Positions 1 through 9,537 of a DNA stretch of 64,000 nt are shown here, in pieces. Within the stretch, counting starts at the first letter, position 1; each line of letters starts with the position of its first letter. The notes under the pieces are model-generated. The model did no database searches, had not been told where the DNA came from, and worked only from the letters and a program-made list of their open reading frames with translations. Source of the DNA: a virus (Duplodnaviria; Caudoviricetes); IMG/VR virus record IMGVR_UViG_3300011793_000004, positions 1,624 through 65,623 of that record. One strand, 5' to 3'. The translations under genes were made by a program, and so were the position numbers.

Positions 1-300
1 GTCTTCGATGACCGGACCGATCACCATCTTGGCGGTCGGATAGAGCTGCTTGACCGCGTGACCGATCAGGTGCGCGCAGGAGTGGCGGATGATCTCGACG
101 CCTTCCTGATCCTTCGGGGTGATGATCTGCAGGCGCGCGTCATGTTCGATGACATCGCTGGCGTCGACGAGACGGTCGTCGACCTTGCCCGCCACGGTGG
201 CCTTGGCCAGGCCAGCCCCAATGGATTGAGCCACCTCGGCAACGGATACCGGATGATCGAACGAACGCTGACTGCCGTCGGGAAGAGTGATGATGGGCAT
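1..300 (-). CDS. thrS: Threonyl-tRNA synthetase, N-terminal 100 codons (runs off the window)
   Basis: Manual translation [40 protein letters not shown]...[19 protein letters not shown]; TGS domain and HSCAH motif; SD GGAGG upstream. Confidence 0.97.
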   Translation of the reverse strand, partial: MPIITLPDGSQRSFDHPVSVAEVAQSIGAGLAKATVAGKVDDRLVDASDVIEHDARLQIITPKDQEGVEIIRHSCAHLIGHAVKQLYPTAKMVIGPVIED

Positions 301-319
301 GGCGCCTCCTCTCCTAGTG

Positions 320-340
320 GTGACCCCTACCAAAGGCCAC
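320..340 (-). promoter_or_regulatory. Putative thrS translational operator, a tRNA-Thr anticodon-arm mimic
   Basis: Minus-strand RNA GUGGCCU-UUGGUAG-GGGUCAC: 7-bp stem, 7-nt loop with Thr anticodon GGU, just upstream of the thrS SD. Confidence 0.65.
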
Positions 341-619
341 GTGGGTTGGGATGAGCCAGTAAGCGATCCGGCGGTGTACCCGCCTCACAGTGGCTGGAGC
401 CCGAAGGCCAACCAGACCGGACCGGAGTCACTGGAAGTTTTGGAGGGCGGATGCTTTCAGAAACGCCGCTGCCTGACAAGCGAAAGGGCTAGAAACAGCT
501 AAATCCATGCGTTCAGCCGGCATTGGGAGGAAAATATCCGCAAGCAAACCTCCCTTTTCGAAACTGCCTTACCATCGGCGTAACAAACCCGACAAAACCC
601 CGCCACACGGGAGACCTCA

Positions 620-1093
620 ATGCGCATTTGGATACTTGTGGTTCTTGCCTATCTGCCCTGCGTCACCCATGCCACCACCGTGCTCAAATGCATCGACGCG
701 CAGGGCAACGTGAACTTCACCCAGACGGCCTGCCCGCCCGGACAACACCTGGACAGCATCAGCGAGCTGACCGCCCCACCACCGCCAAGCGGCGATGGCG
801 ACCCGGTCAAACTGGCGGAGCCAAAGGCACCCACTCCGGTGACTGACGCCGCACCCGCGCAACCGCCGATCGTCATCGTCGCCCCGACACCTGCGCCGGC
901 TACGGAGGTGCAAGGCGTCATTTCCGAGAGCTACCGCAGCTACCAGCGCCATGTGCCCTACCGGCACGATTATTACCCGCCGCCACCCGGTCACTGGGGA
1001 AAGCCACCAGGATCATGGCCGCCGCCACCGCCTCCGCGCCCGCCAGTGAAACCGGACGAACCACGGATCAAGGGAATGCCAATGGACCGCTGA
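620..1093 (+). CDS. DUF4124-type exported protein with Pro-rich tail
   Basis: Signal peptide, then VLKCIDAQGNVNFTQTACPPG. Confidence 0.75.
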   Translation: MRIWILVVLAYLPCVTHATTVLKCIDAQGNVNFTQTACPPGQHLDSISELTAPPPPSGDGDPVKLAEPKAPTPVTDAAPAQPPIVIVAPTPAPATEVQGVISESYRSYQRHVPYRHDYYPPPPGHWGKPPGSWPPPPPPRPPVKPDEPRIKGMPMDR

Positions 1094-1202
1094 GCGGCAG
1101 CTGGTGAAACGGCTGGCAAAGCGCGCTCCGCACGTCGAATTCAATGAAACCGTCGCAGCAACGGCTGTCCGAATCCATGAGGCATCACCCACCCACAGAC
1201 TG

Positions 1203-1466
1203 ATGGAGGCTCTCATGGCCATCGAACAAGCGCTCTGGAATGAAGTACTCACCCGGCTGCTGCATGCTCATCCGGCAGGACTCGGCAAGGAAGTCCTGGA
1301 CAACTATCGAGGCCAGCAGGCCGTCGTGGACTGCCTGGCCGATTTGCAGGAACGCGGATTGATTCAGGGAGGAACCATCCTGCCCGGCGCGGTGAACGAC
1401 CATTCCCTGGACTTGCCCGTAAAGCTGACATCCGCCGGCGTAGAGCAAGCCAAAGCGATCGAGTGA
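1203..1466 (+). CDS. Hypothetical protein, possible winged helix
   Basis: Part of ORF 1104..1466; C-terminal VKLTSAG wing-like motif; start uncertain. Confidence 0.5.
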   Translation: MEALMAIEQALWNEVLTRLLHAHPAGLGKEVLDNYRGQQAVVDCLADLQERGLIQGGTILPGAVNDHSLDLPVKLTSAGVEQAKAIE

Positions 1467-1540
1467 CCGTACGAGCCCGGCCTCGCCGGGCCTCCCGGAA
1501 CTACGATCCACCGCCTGGCGCGAATGTCGCCAGGCGCCGG

Positions 1541-1816
1541 CTACTTCGACTCCTGCCGGATGTCCAGAAGCACCCAGACATCCAGCCCTTGGGCGCGGGC
1601 GGCCTTTTCGGCCTCCAACTGAGCGGTCAGCCGGCTGATCGAGCGCGAGCGATGCTCGAAGCGGAACGGCGGGCCGCCGTTCTTGCGCACGCTCAACTCG
1701 ACCAGGGTGTAGGTAAAGGGATTAGTCGATTTTTCTTTTTTCTGTTTCTTCGGTGCGGCGGGGGTGAGGCCCAATGCTTGACGCACGTCGTCCTCGGACA
1801 AACTCAGATTGCTCAA
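1541..1816 (-). CDS. Hypothetical protein (91 aa)
   Basis: Clean ORF with natural composition. Confidence 0.6.
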   Translation of the reverse strand: MSNLSLSEDDVRQALGLTPAAPKKQKKEKSTNPFTYTLVELSVRKNGGPPFRFEHRSRSISRLTAQLEAEKAARAQGLDVWVLLDIRQESK

Positions 1817-1943
1817 CTACGAAACCCTGCTGCTGGATTGACCGCATACGGCCCGCGGCTGGATGCCGCAGCGATACTGTATCGTCAGCAACCATTGTCG
1901 ACAATCGACAGATCTAAATTCCGACAGAACCTAATAAGAGAAC

Positions 1944-2171
1944 CTAATAGAAGTGGATCTCGCCCCCTTCAATGCCGGCAATCTGATCAATGATGGCGGC
2001 CGCGGCGCATTCCGCCTCGACGAGGCTGGCGAAATCCTTCGTACGGGTCACTTGAAATGCCGCCGACTGTTCCGCGGTACGTCCTCGGAGCATGACGAAC
2101 GCCTTGATGCCGTCACTGTCCTGCACAGCACTAGACCAAACGCGCGTAGCACCTATCACTCGATAGCCCAT
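1944..2171 (-). CDS. Hypothetical protein (75 aa)
   Basis: ORF from MGYRVIG; start uncertain. Confidence 0.45.
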   Translation of the reverse strand: MGYRVIGATRVWSSAVQDSDGIKAFVMLRGRTAEQSAAFQVTRTKDFASLVEAECAAAAIIDQIAGIEGGEIHFY

Positions 2172-2297
2172 AGCCGTTACCCGTTCAGTTATGTCCAGGG
2201 TTAAGAGCGGCCAAAACGCTCGATAATTGCCCAACCAAAGGTTGGCGGGCCGTTGCCACCGTGTTTCGCAGGCGCGTAAGGCACCGACTAAACCCGC

Positions 2298-3164
2298 TCA
2301 AACCCGCGCCAGCAGCGCGCTGTTGGTCGCCTTTATGTCCTGCAAGGAGGGAAACCCGCCTTCGCCGGACGTGCTTCCGTTTTCCTTCCCGCTCGCGGAC
2401 AACAGGTCGAACAGGCTCGGCAGAGGTTTCGAGACCTGCTCCTTGAGCGCGGCCGTGCGAAGGGCCGTTTCGATGGGCGCCTTCTCCTGATTCCAGGCGG
2501 CCGAAGACTTCTCGTCGCTACTCACGGCAGCGAGGAATTTCGCGCCCGCGAGATTGCGCGCCGTCTCGTCCCCGGCGTATGGATCGACGAACTGGGCCTG
2601 GCTGCCCGCCGGGCCGACGAACTCACCTATCGCCAGCGACAGCTGCTGCTTCATCAGGGAACTCGCGGCTTTTTGCTCCTGCTCGGAGAACAGCCCACCG
2701 ACGTTCTCGCTGACCGAATACAACGAGCGTCGATCGAGGTTGCCCATCAGTGAAATGGTGTCGACATTGCCTGGGCTGTTCGCATCGTAAGGCGTGCCAC
2801 TGGCCTTCATCGTCGCGTAGTTGGCGTCCATGCGACTGCGCGCATCGGTAGCGACGTCCGCCAATGTCTTGCCCTGCGAGCTGGAAACGGAGCCCGGACT
2901 GATGACGCTGCGCACCAACGCATCCGAAGTCATTCCGGTTCGACTGGGAAAGAACTGCGCGTAGTAGTTGCTCAGCGCATTGGATTGCTGGGCCGCACTG
3001 GAGAGCGTAACGGTCGACGAATGCCCGGAGGTCGTCGACGCGGCCGTGTTCGCAAGGCTTGCCGTCGACGCCTCCAGAGCGCTTGTCGCCGTGGTCTTCT
3101 GGCCATACAGCGAAGACGCATTCGCCGAGTAGTAGCCCGCCGCGCCGCCGGAGATGATGCTCAT
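2298..3164 (-). CDS. Hypothetical protein with Ser/Thr/Ala-rich N-terminus (288 aa)
   Basis: ORF 2298..3257 with likely start MSIISGG after AAGGAA. Confidence 0.7.
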   Translation of the reverse strand: MSIISGGAAGYYSANASSLYGQKTTATSALEASTASLANTAASTTSGHSSTVTLSSAAQQSNALSNYYAQFFPSRTGMTSDALVRSVISPGSVSSSQGKTLADVATDARSRMDANYATMKASGTPYDANSPGNVDTISLMGNLDRRSLYSVSENVGGLFSEQEQKAASSLMKQQLSLAIGEFVGPAGSQAQFVDPYAGDETARNLAGAKFLAAVSSDEKSSAAWNQEKAPIETALRTAALKEQVSKPLPSLFDLLSASGKENGSTSGEGGFPSLQDIKATNSALLARV

Positions 3165-3283
3165 GCTGGGTTCCTTTTGCAGTGCAGGGCGTCGCCAGAG
3201 AAATGGCGCATACCCGGAGCTTTCAAGGTCTTCTGCAAGGACCACGCCAGGCGACAACGGGCTTCTGGCCGCAGCGAGGCCAT

Positions 3284-3309
3284 AAAAAAGCCCCGCATCG
3301 GCGGGGCTT
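3284..3309 (-). terminator. Intrinsic terminator after the lipoprotein gene
   Basis: aaaaaagccccgcatcggcggggctt: hairpin plus U-tract on the minus strand. Confidence 0.75.
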
Positions 3310-3325
3310 CTCGGTTGCAGGAAAC

Positions 3326-3535
3326 TCAGCGCTCCATCACCTGTTTTACCTGCGTCAGCGGAATCTGCTGGGTACGGCCGTCAGCGTCTTCGTACTCGTA
3401 GAGGCCGCTGTCTTCGTCCAGCTTAGGTTCGCCGTGGGCGGTGATCATCTGACCGTCATTGGTACTGATCACGTAATCGCTGGCACAGCCAGCGAGGCCC
3501 AGCACACAGAACGCGGCAAACATCCAATGCTTCAT
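3326..3535 (-). CDS. YgdI/YgdR (DUF903) family lipoprotein
   Basis: Lipobox LAGC; YVISTNDGQMITAHGEPKLDEDSGLYEYED. Confidence 0.9.
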   Translation of the reverse strand: MKHWMFAAFCVLGLAGCASDYVISTNDGQMITAHGEPKLDEDSGLYEYEDADGRTQQIPLTQVKQVMER

Positions 3536-3632
3536 AAGTGACTCCTTTAGTTAACCAAGAGAGGACACTGCGTCAGACACCCGCCGGTGAAATTCGCTCC
3601 CGGGCGCCTGCCAGGACTGCCGATTGCCCGGA

Positions 3633-3854
3633 TCAGCTATCCGTCTTCCGGCCTTCACCGCCGATGTGCGCTTTGGGCAGGTCATAGGGTGGCTCGACCT
3701 GTTTCTGCATCGGCGGTTTTGCATCGGGATCGTTTTTCAGCGGCACCGGCGCGTCCTCGATGACCGAACCGGGGTCCTCGTTGCCGGGATCGTTGATCAG
3801 CGACCCCTCGCCGAGGTCCTGATGCCCTTTCCCGTCGTTCGATTCCGTACCCAT
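3633..3854 (-). CDS. Small acidic, probably disordered hypothetical protein
   Basis: MGTESNDGKG... preceded by GAGGAGG. Confidence 0.55.
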   Translation of the reverse strand: MGTESNDGKGHQDLGEGSLINDPGNEDPGSVIEDAPVPLKNDPDAKPPMQKQVEPPYDLPKAHIGGEGRKTDS

Positions 3855-3966
3855 AGCGACCTCCTCACCCGGCCTGGAATAGACCTGTACCCATTTGAGG
3901 CCGCCGACGGCTGCGCGTTCCGAAATCAGTCGCCTGAGTGGAGTCTTGGCCCCCCTCAGTACGGCA

Positions 3967-4143
3967 CTAACGCCTGCGCATGGAGAATGCCAGCAGCAGG
4001 AAACCCGGCACGAGAAACGCCGGCGCCATGTACAGAAAAGTGTCGCCTCCGCCGCCCATCCCCACTGCCGCGAATGCCACGCCACAACACAGCAACGGCG
4101 TGGCTGCGATCATCAGGGGTTTCGGTTTGATCTTCTTCTGCAC
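3967..4143 (-). CDS. Small two-TM membrane protein
   Basis: GTG start after GGAG; two hydrophobic stretches. Confidence 0.4.
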   Translation of the reverse strand: MQKKIKPKPLMIAATPLLCCGVAFAAVGMGGGGDTFLYMAPAFLVPGFLLLAFSMRRR

Positions 4144-4257
4144 GGGTGACTCCAACGGATCTTCGGAACTCGCGGCGGACCGCGAAATGCACAACTACGA
4201 CGTATCGATTACGTATGAGTTCGGAATGTCCTGTCGCGGAAACAAGCGTGGCGCACC

Positions 4258-4827
4258 TCACGCGCCACCCAGATGCTCGTAAAGAAGGGTGCCGCCAACC
4301 AGGATCAGAACGATCCCGCCGGCAATTTCCGCGCGCCGCCCCACCATCGCGCCCAGCACCCGACCCAGCAGCGTTCCCAACGTCACCATCGTCATGGTCG
4401 CCAAGCCGATTGCCAGCGCCGCGACGGCGATGTTCACATCCACGAACGCCAGCCCCGCGCCTACGGCCAGCGCATCGATGCTGGTAGCGACCGCCGTCGC
4501 GGCGAGAATCCAGAACGAATGCTGCGTGGCCCTTCCCTCGGGCGCGGCCGCTTCCGGTTTCAAGCCGGCGTAGATCATGTGCAGGCCGAGCAGCAACAGG
4601 AGGCCGAAGGCGATCCAGTGATCCCATTCGGTCACGTAGCTGCTGGCAGCCTGCCCGATGAGCCAACCGACGACGGGCGTGAGGGCCTCGATGACACCGA
4701 AGATCAGACCGGTACGGAGCGCTTCGGCGAGAGATGGCTTGTGCAGGCTCGAGCCCTTGCCTACCGCCGCAGCGAAGGCGTCGGTGGACATGGCGAAGGA
4801 AAGGGAAATCAGCGAGAGGGTGTTCAA
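4258..4827 (-). CDS. mntP: Manganese efflux pump MntP
   Basis: [16 protein letters not shown] and [15 protein letters not shown] repeats; about 6 TM; TTG start inferred. Confidence 0.93.
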   Translation of the reverse strand: MNTLSLISLSFAMSTDAFAAAVGKGSSLHKPSLAEALRTGLIFGVIEALTPVVGWLIGQAASSYVTEWDHWIAFGLLLLLGLHMIYAGLKPEAAAPEGRATQHSFWILAATAVATSIDALAVGAGLAFVDVNIAVAALAIGLATMTMVTLGTLLGRVLGAMVGRRAEIAGGIVLILVGGTLLYEHLGGA

Positions 4828-4849
4828 GGTGCAGCTCCAGCCGGGCATG

Positions 4850-4997
4850 AGTCCACGACACGCCGCGCGCCCAGCTTGAGCGCAGCAATGTCGTTGGTCT
4901 CACCAATCCGGCTGGATGCGCTGACCACGGCTGACTGCCGAGTATGTTGACCAGCGCGCCCGCGCATCACGCACAGGCAGGTTACTCCCCAAAGAGG
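4850..4997 (-). ncRNA. yybP-ykoY (Mn2+) riboswitch
   Basis: Minus strand has UUGGGGAGUAACC...GUCAACAUAC...GGUGAGACCAA directly upstream of mntP; boundaries approximate. Confidence 0.85.
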
Positions 4998-5192
4998 CAG
5001 CGGAGCGTAGCAGCCCCAGATGAAAAAAACGTGAACGCTGAAGATGGAGCGTCGATCAGCGTCATGGGCGGACACCACGCACTCATGACTTACCCATCAC
5101 AGGTAGATGGCCATGCAGACCGATCCTGCCAGAGTCATCTGCCGGGCTCTTTGACAGCGAAGGCCAACATCGAGCGAAGACAAAATCCACGC

Positions 5193-5302
5193 AAACAAAA
5201 AAGGCGATCCTTTCGGATCGCCTTCTAGGCCCCGTGCAGTACGGGTTTTGTTTGGTAGGCACAATTGGATTCGAACCAACGACCCCCACCATGTCAAGGT
5301 GG
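5193..5302. repeat. att repeat, left copy: 3' 50 nt of tRNA-Val plus spacer and terminator
   Basis: Identical to 62406..62515 except at 5208 and 5228. Confidence 0.95.
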
Positions 5303-5387
5303 CATCAGGGGCATCGCTACCTTATTGATATTTAAGGCTTTCTTAGCCACCATCAAGTGCCTGAAAACTGCACGATACCCTCATAAA

Positions 5388-5400
5388 AATCAACAACTTG
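5388..5400 (+). promoter_or_regulatory. IHF site in the att arm
   Basis: AATCAACAACTTG matches WATCAANNNNTTR exactly, 85 bp inside the att repeat. Confidence 0.6.
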
Positions 5401-5453
5401 GCGTTGTATTTTCATACAGCTGCGCCAGGCAAACCACGACAATCCTCCGCTGT

Positions 5454-6734
5454 TCAGCGGCTCGGAACCCTCCACAGCTGATCCATCCGCGTCGTGAACG
5501 ACTGGCTCATCAGCTCCCGCCTCATGCCCCACTCGGGGCTCGACGTCACCCGTCCGGGTCGCAACGTCCCCCTCCCCCATTTCGCATTGATCTCGTCCAG
5601 CACGCTCATGACCCGTTCGCTCGCCTCGGGCTGAGTAGTGGCGAACAGGTCGGCGGTGTATTCGCCGCGCTGGCAGAGGTCGAGCAGCAGGATCTCAGCC
5701 TTGCTGTAGTTGTAGCCCTCCCTGAAAACGCGATCGAGACCGGCCAGCGCCGCGGCGGTGAGCATGCGCACGTCGTCGGTCGGGTACGGCAGTTCGCAGA
5801 GCACGCCATTCGCGTATTTCGCCTCTTCCGGATTGAACATGCCGGTACGCACGCTCACGCGCAGGCGCTTGCACAGCGAGCCCTGGGCGCGGAGTTTCTC
5901 GCTGGCCCGCGCGGTGTAGCTGGCCACCGCTTCGCGGATCGGCTCGATTGCCTTCAGCCGCTGGCCGAACATCCGACTGCAGCAGATCTCCTGCTTCGGC
6001 GGATCGGGGTCGTCGAGTTGCAGGCAAGGCGTGCCGCGCAGCTCCCGCGCAGTCTTCTCGACCACGACGCTAAATTTCTTCCGCAGCATCCACGGGTCGG
6101 TCTGCGCCAGGTCCCATGCGGTCTTGATCTTCATCCCCTCGAAGTGCGCCTGGAGCTTCCGGCCTACGCCCCACACCTCACCCACGTCCAGCGCCCGTAA
6201 AAGCTTGTCGCGCCGCTCGGGGTCGCGGATGTCGACGACGCCCCCGGTCTGTTTCTGCCAGCGCTTCGCGGCGTGGTTCGCCAGCTTGGCCAGGGTCTTC
6301 GTTCCAGCGATGCCCACGCCGACCGGGATGCCGGTGCACTGCAGCACGCGCTGGCGAATCTCGCGGCCGAGCGGCTCGGCGCCGGCGATGCCGGTCAGAT
6401 CGGCGAAGGCCTCGTCGATGCTGTATACCTCGAGCGCCGGCACCAGGCTCTCGATGACCGTCATCACGCGCTGGCTGATGTCGCCGTAGAGGGCGTAGTT
6501 CGAGCTGAACGCCACCACGCCCCACCGCCGGAGGTCGTTCTTGATCTGGAAATACGGGGCGCCCATCTTGATGCCGAGGGCCTTGGCCTCGGGCGTGCGG
6601 CTGATCACGCAACCGTCGTTGTTGCTGAGCACCACGATTGGTGTGCGCAGCAGGTCCGGCCGCCAGACGCGCTCGCAGCTGCAGTAGAAGGAGTTGCAGT
6701 CGATCAGCGCGAAGACGGGTTCACGTGCAGCCAT
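5454..6734 (-). CDS. umuC: Y-family DNA polymerase V subunit (UmuC/RulB)
   Basis: ALIDCNSFYCSCER, VVLSNNDGCV, YSIDEAF motifs; C-terminal WGMRRELMSQSFTT. Confidence 0.96.
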   Translation of the reverse strand: MAAREPVFALIDCNSFYCSCERVWRPDLLRTPIVVLSNNDGCVISRTPEAKALGIKMGAPYFQIKNDLRRWGVVAFSSNYALYGDISQRVMTVIESLVPALEVYSIDEAFADLTGIAGAEPLGREIRQRVLQCTGIPVGVGIAGTKTLAKLANHAAKRWQKQTGGVVDIRDPERRDKLLRALDVGEVWGVGRKLQAHFEGMKIKTAWDLAQTDPWMLRKKFSVVVEKTARELRGTPCLQLDDPDPPKQEICCSRMFGQRLKAIEPIREAVASYTARASEKLRAQGSLCKRLRVSVRTGMFNPEEAKYANGVLCELPYPTDDVRMLTAAALAGLDRVFREGYNYSKAEILLLDLCQRGEYTADLFATTQPEASERVMSVLDEINAKWGRGTLRPGRVTSSPEWGMRRELMSQSFTTRMDQLWRVPSR

Positions 6735-7152
6735 GGCTGCGCACGCTGAATTTCACAACGCCCCAGATGCGCAGCTCATCGCCCTCGAGCACGAAGCGCG
6801 GCGGGAACTTGTCGTTCGCCGAAAGCAAGCGAATGTCCCCGCCGCGCTTGTGCAGGATTTTCACCATCGGCTCATCGTTGAGCGCCGCCACAACGACGGC
6901 GCCGTGCTCGGCCGGTAGCGAGCGGTCCACCACCAGCAGGTCGCCGTCGAAAATGCCGATCTCCCGGAGGCTCTCGCCGTCGACGTAGACCAGGTAGGTG
7001 TGAGGCGCGCGTATGTCGAACAGCGCGTCGAGCGATATCGTCTGCTCGAGATGATCCTGCGCCGGCGACGGGAAGCCGGCCGGTACGCGGAAACCGTAGA
7101 CCGGCAGCGGAACGCCGCCGCGCTCGATCTGGCCGACGATGAGAAGGTTCAT
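6721..7152 (-). CDS. umuD: UmuD/RulA S24 autopeptidase
   Basis: VPAGFPSPAQD cleavage site, GESL serine, VK lysine; overlaps the umuC start. Confidence 0.95.
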   Translation of the reverse strand: MNLLIVGQIERGGVPLPVYGFRVPAGFPSPAQDHLEQTISLDALFDIRAPHTYLVYVDGESLREIGIFDGDLLVVDRSLPAEHGAVVVAALNDEPMVKILHKRGGDIRLLSANDKFPPRFVLEGDELRIWGVVKFSVRSHGCT

Positions 7153-7169
7153 GTGGAATGGCCCAAATA

Positions 7170-7185
7170 CTGTTTATGCGTACAG
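7170..7185. promoter_or_regulatory. LexA (SOS) box between umuD and SRAP
   Basis: taCTGTTTATGCGTACAGta. Confidence 0.88.
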
Positions 7186-7249
7186 TAAAACAAGGGCGTG
7201 ATGGCGGGGTCAAACGGAACACGCAGTAGGACGACGACCGGAGAACGAG

Positions 7250-7993
7250 ATGTGCGGACGATTCACTCAGTACCGAACAGCCATCGAATATCTCGAAGCA
7301 TTGCGCTATGAGAAGGACATCATGGGCGGGTTCGATCCGGAGCCGATCGGGCGCTACAACGTCGCCCCACGGTCGCGTGTGCTGATGCTGTTCGAGAACG
7401 ACGAAGGCGCGCGCTTCGCCAAGATCCCTTGGGGCTACGAGCCGTTCTGGGCGAAGGGGAAAAGGCCGCCGGCGATCAACGCCAGAGTGGAGACGGCAGC
7501 CACCAGCCGATTCTTCCGGGACGTGTGGCGCAACGGTCGTTGCCTGGTGATGGCGGACGGGTGGTACGAGTGGGTGAAGGATGCCAACGACCCCAAGAAG
7601 AAACAGCCCTTCTACATCAGGCTGAAGAGCCAAGAGCCAATGTGGTTTACGGCGCTGGGCCAGTTCAATCGTGAGGGTCAGTTAGAAGAGCGCGAGGGAG
7701 ACGGCTTCGTGATCATCACCGCCGAAAGCGATCAGGGAATGGTGGACATCCACGACCGCCGGCCTGTCGTGCTGTCGCCCGAGCTGGCACGCGAATGGAT
7801 CGAGCCGGACCTGGGGGCCGAGCGCGCCGAGGAAATCGTGAGAACGCTTGGCACGCCGGTGGAGGACTTCGAGTGGTTCGAGGTGGATCGGGCGGTGGGG
7901 AATGTGAGGAACGAGGGGCCTGGGCTGATACGGCCATTGAGTCCCCATGTAGGCGAATCTGACGCAGTGGACGATTTCGATTTCACTGCTTAG
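7250..7993 (+). CDS. SRAP/YedK (HMCES) abasic-site protecting protein
   Basis: N-terminal MCGRF (catalytic Cys2), INARVET, RCLVMADGWYEW, IHDRRPV. Confidence 0.93.
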   Translation: MCGRFTQYRTAIEYLEALRYEKDIMGGFDPEPIGRYNVAPRSRVLMLFENDEGARFAKIPWGYEPFWAKGKRPPAINARVETAATSRFFRDVWRNGRCLVMADGWYEWVKDANDPKKKQPFYIRLKSQEPMWFTALGQFNREGQLEEREGDGFVIITAESDQGMVDIHDRRPVVLSPELAREWIEPDLGAERAEEIVRTLGTPVEDFEWFEVDRAVGNVRNEGPGLIRPLSPHVGESDAVDDFDFTA

Positions 7994-8039
7994 CTAGAAA
8001 GGTGGCACTTCCACCACCCATCCAAGAAAGGAGAAAGCC

Positions 8040-8213
8040 ATGGATGATCTCAGTAATCGAGGACCGCAAGACCGCGCACGGATAAACGTCGGCGAAGAGC
8101 ATGAGCTTCGCTACTGGACAAAAACGCTTGGGGTAACGGAGGCGGAGCTTCGGGCCGCAGTCAAAGCAGTCGGTGTGATGGCGGATAAAGTCCGCGCCTA
8201 CCTAAAGAAATGA
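8040..8213 (+). CDS. DUF3606 family protein (57 aa; not in the ORF track)
   Basis: MDDLSNRGPQDRARINVGEEHELRYWTKTLGVTEAELRAAVKAVG; SD AAGGAG. Confidence 0.85.
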   Translation: MDDLSNRGPQDRARINVGEEHELRYWTKTLGVTEAELRAAVKAVGVMADKVRAYLKK

Positions 8214-8314
8214 GGAGGGGTGCCGGCCAGCCCGGCGTCCACCCGCCCTGTATAGATCCAGCCGCCGAGAGATCGTAGTTCGCCGCAATTTACCGTCGCC
8301 AGCCATAGCGCTGG

Positions 8315-8587
8315 TCATCGACATGCCTGATTCGCCGCCAGCAGCTCCCCCTCGTAACCCATACGCTGCCGGCGTTCGGCGAGCAGCGCGCGCACCTTCA
8401 CCTCGAGCGAATCCGATTTCCGGAGGCCAGCAGCGGCCCAGGACGGCACGGCTACGTCCTTCGTGAGGCACGGAACCGGCACCGGCACTTCCACCCGCAC
8501 TACGCGTGGCTGCGGATCGACCGTTTCGGGATTCCCAGCGCAGCCCGCCAACAGCATCAGTGCGGCGATGATCAGCACAGCCTTCAT
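8315..8587 (-). CDS. o-spanin (Rz1-like lipoprotein)
   Basis: Lipobox LAGC, Pro-rich, follows the i-spanin. Confidence 0.8.
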   Translation of the reverse strand: MKAVLIIAALMLLAGCAGNPETVDPQPRVVRVEVPVPVPCLTKDVAVPSWAAAGLRKSDSLEVKVRALLAERRQRMGYEGELLAANQACR

Positions 8588-9006
8588 AGGCCCAACTCCT
8601 TGTCGATGATCGATTCTGCAGCGGCTGCGGGATCGCCGCCGATGCGCTCCTGCTGCAGGCGGTTGGCGGCCTGGTAGTCGGTTTGTGCTTGGGCGTGTGC
8701 GGCGTTCTGTGCGATCTCAGCAGCCTGTTCGCGCTGCGCGGCATCGACCTGCAGTTGGCCGAGCGCCCTGCCCTGCTCGCCCGTCAGCTCGACGAGGTTG
8801 TCGCGCGCGGCAGTGCATGCGACCACCTGTTCACCCTTCGCCGTAGCCACGGCCCGCGCCTCTTCCAGCTGCGGCGAGTAGTGCCGTCCGGCGAGCCACC
8901 ACGCCGTTGCCGCGCCGCCTCCGGCGCCCAGGCCGAGCAGGACGACGGCGCCCACAGCGAGGGCGGCGACTCGGTACTGGGCCGGGACCAGATCGGTCAG
9001 GCTCAC
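8584..9006 (-). CDS. i-spanin (Rz-like)
   Basis: N-terminal TM plus coiled coil, after the endolysin. Confidence 0.78.
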   Translation of the reverse strand: MSLTDLVPAQYRVAALAVGAVVLLGLGAGGGAATAWWLAGRHYSPQLEEARAVATAKGEQVVACTAARDNLVELTGEQGRALGQLQVDAAQREQAAEIAQNAAHAQAQTDYQAANRLQQERIGGDPAAAAESIIDKELGL

Positions 9007-9479
9007 CGATCCACCTCGGCCAAAGCCATCGAGTAGAGCCCCTCCCAGGTTTCGGGGTGCGGCTTTCCCGGCCGCCAGGTTCGGGCGTACAGACCCCAGG
9101 CGTGGTCGGACTGCCCGAGGGCGGGCAGCGGCGCGGCGTCAGACCACAGCAGCAGGCGGGCGAAGCCGGCGGCGAGGACATCGTCGTGTTCGAGCGCGGC
9201 GTAGACAGCGGACTCTGTGGGAGCCACGTGTCGTGCCTCGCACAGCACCCGCGCATGACCAGCTGTCGCGATGTGCCGGAGCACGCCGCGCACCCCGCCA
9301 CCCTGCTCGAACTGCCAGAAGCCCCTGGCAGGCCCGCCGACCTGGCGGCGGTGCGCGAAGCGGCTTTCCTGCAGCCCGATTGCCAGGAGCATCACCTCCG
9401 CCGGCGCGCTGGTGAAGCGAGCAGGGAGAAGGGCCAAGGCCGGCGCGATCGCGAGCCTCCGAACATCGGTGAGGGTCAT
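9003..9479 (-). CDS. Endolysin, lysozyme-like fold
   Basis: LLAIGLQESRF...GPARGFWQFEQGGG; upstream of the spanins. Confidence 0.8.
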   Translation of the reverse strand: MTLTDVRRLAIAPALALLPARFTSAPAEVMLLAIGLQESRFAHRRQVGGPARGFWQFEQGGGVRGVLRHIATAGHARVLCEARHVAPTESAVYAALEHDDVLAAGFARLLLWSDAAPLPALGQSDHAWGLYARTWRPGKPHPETWEGLYSMALAEVDR

Positions 9480-9496
9480 GTGTTTCTCCAGACGTT

Positions 9497-9519
9497 AAAA
9501 AGCCCGCACGGGGCGGGCT
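9497..9519 (-). terminator. Intrinsic terminator between tail-tip and lysis genes
   Basis: aaaaagcccgcacggggcgggct. Confidence 0.65.
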
Positions 9520-9537
9520 CGGTGGGTTGAGGGTGGG

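Noticed and set aside
5253-5302. Apparent second tRNA-Val
   Set aside because: Only the 3' 50 nt; no acceptor 5' strand or D-arm. It is the att duplicate
8248-8261. CTGTATAGATCCAG resembling an SOS box
   Set aside because: Spacer is 8 nt rather than 10
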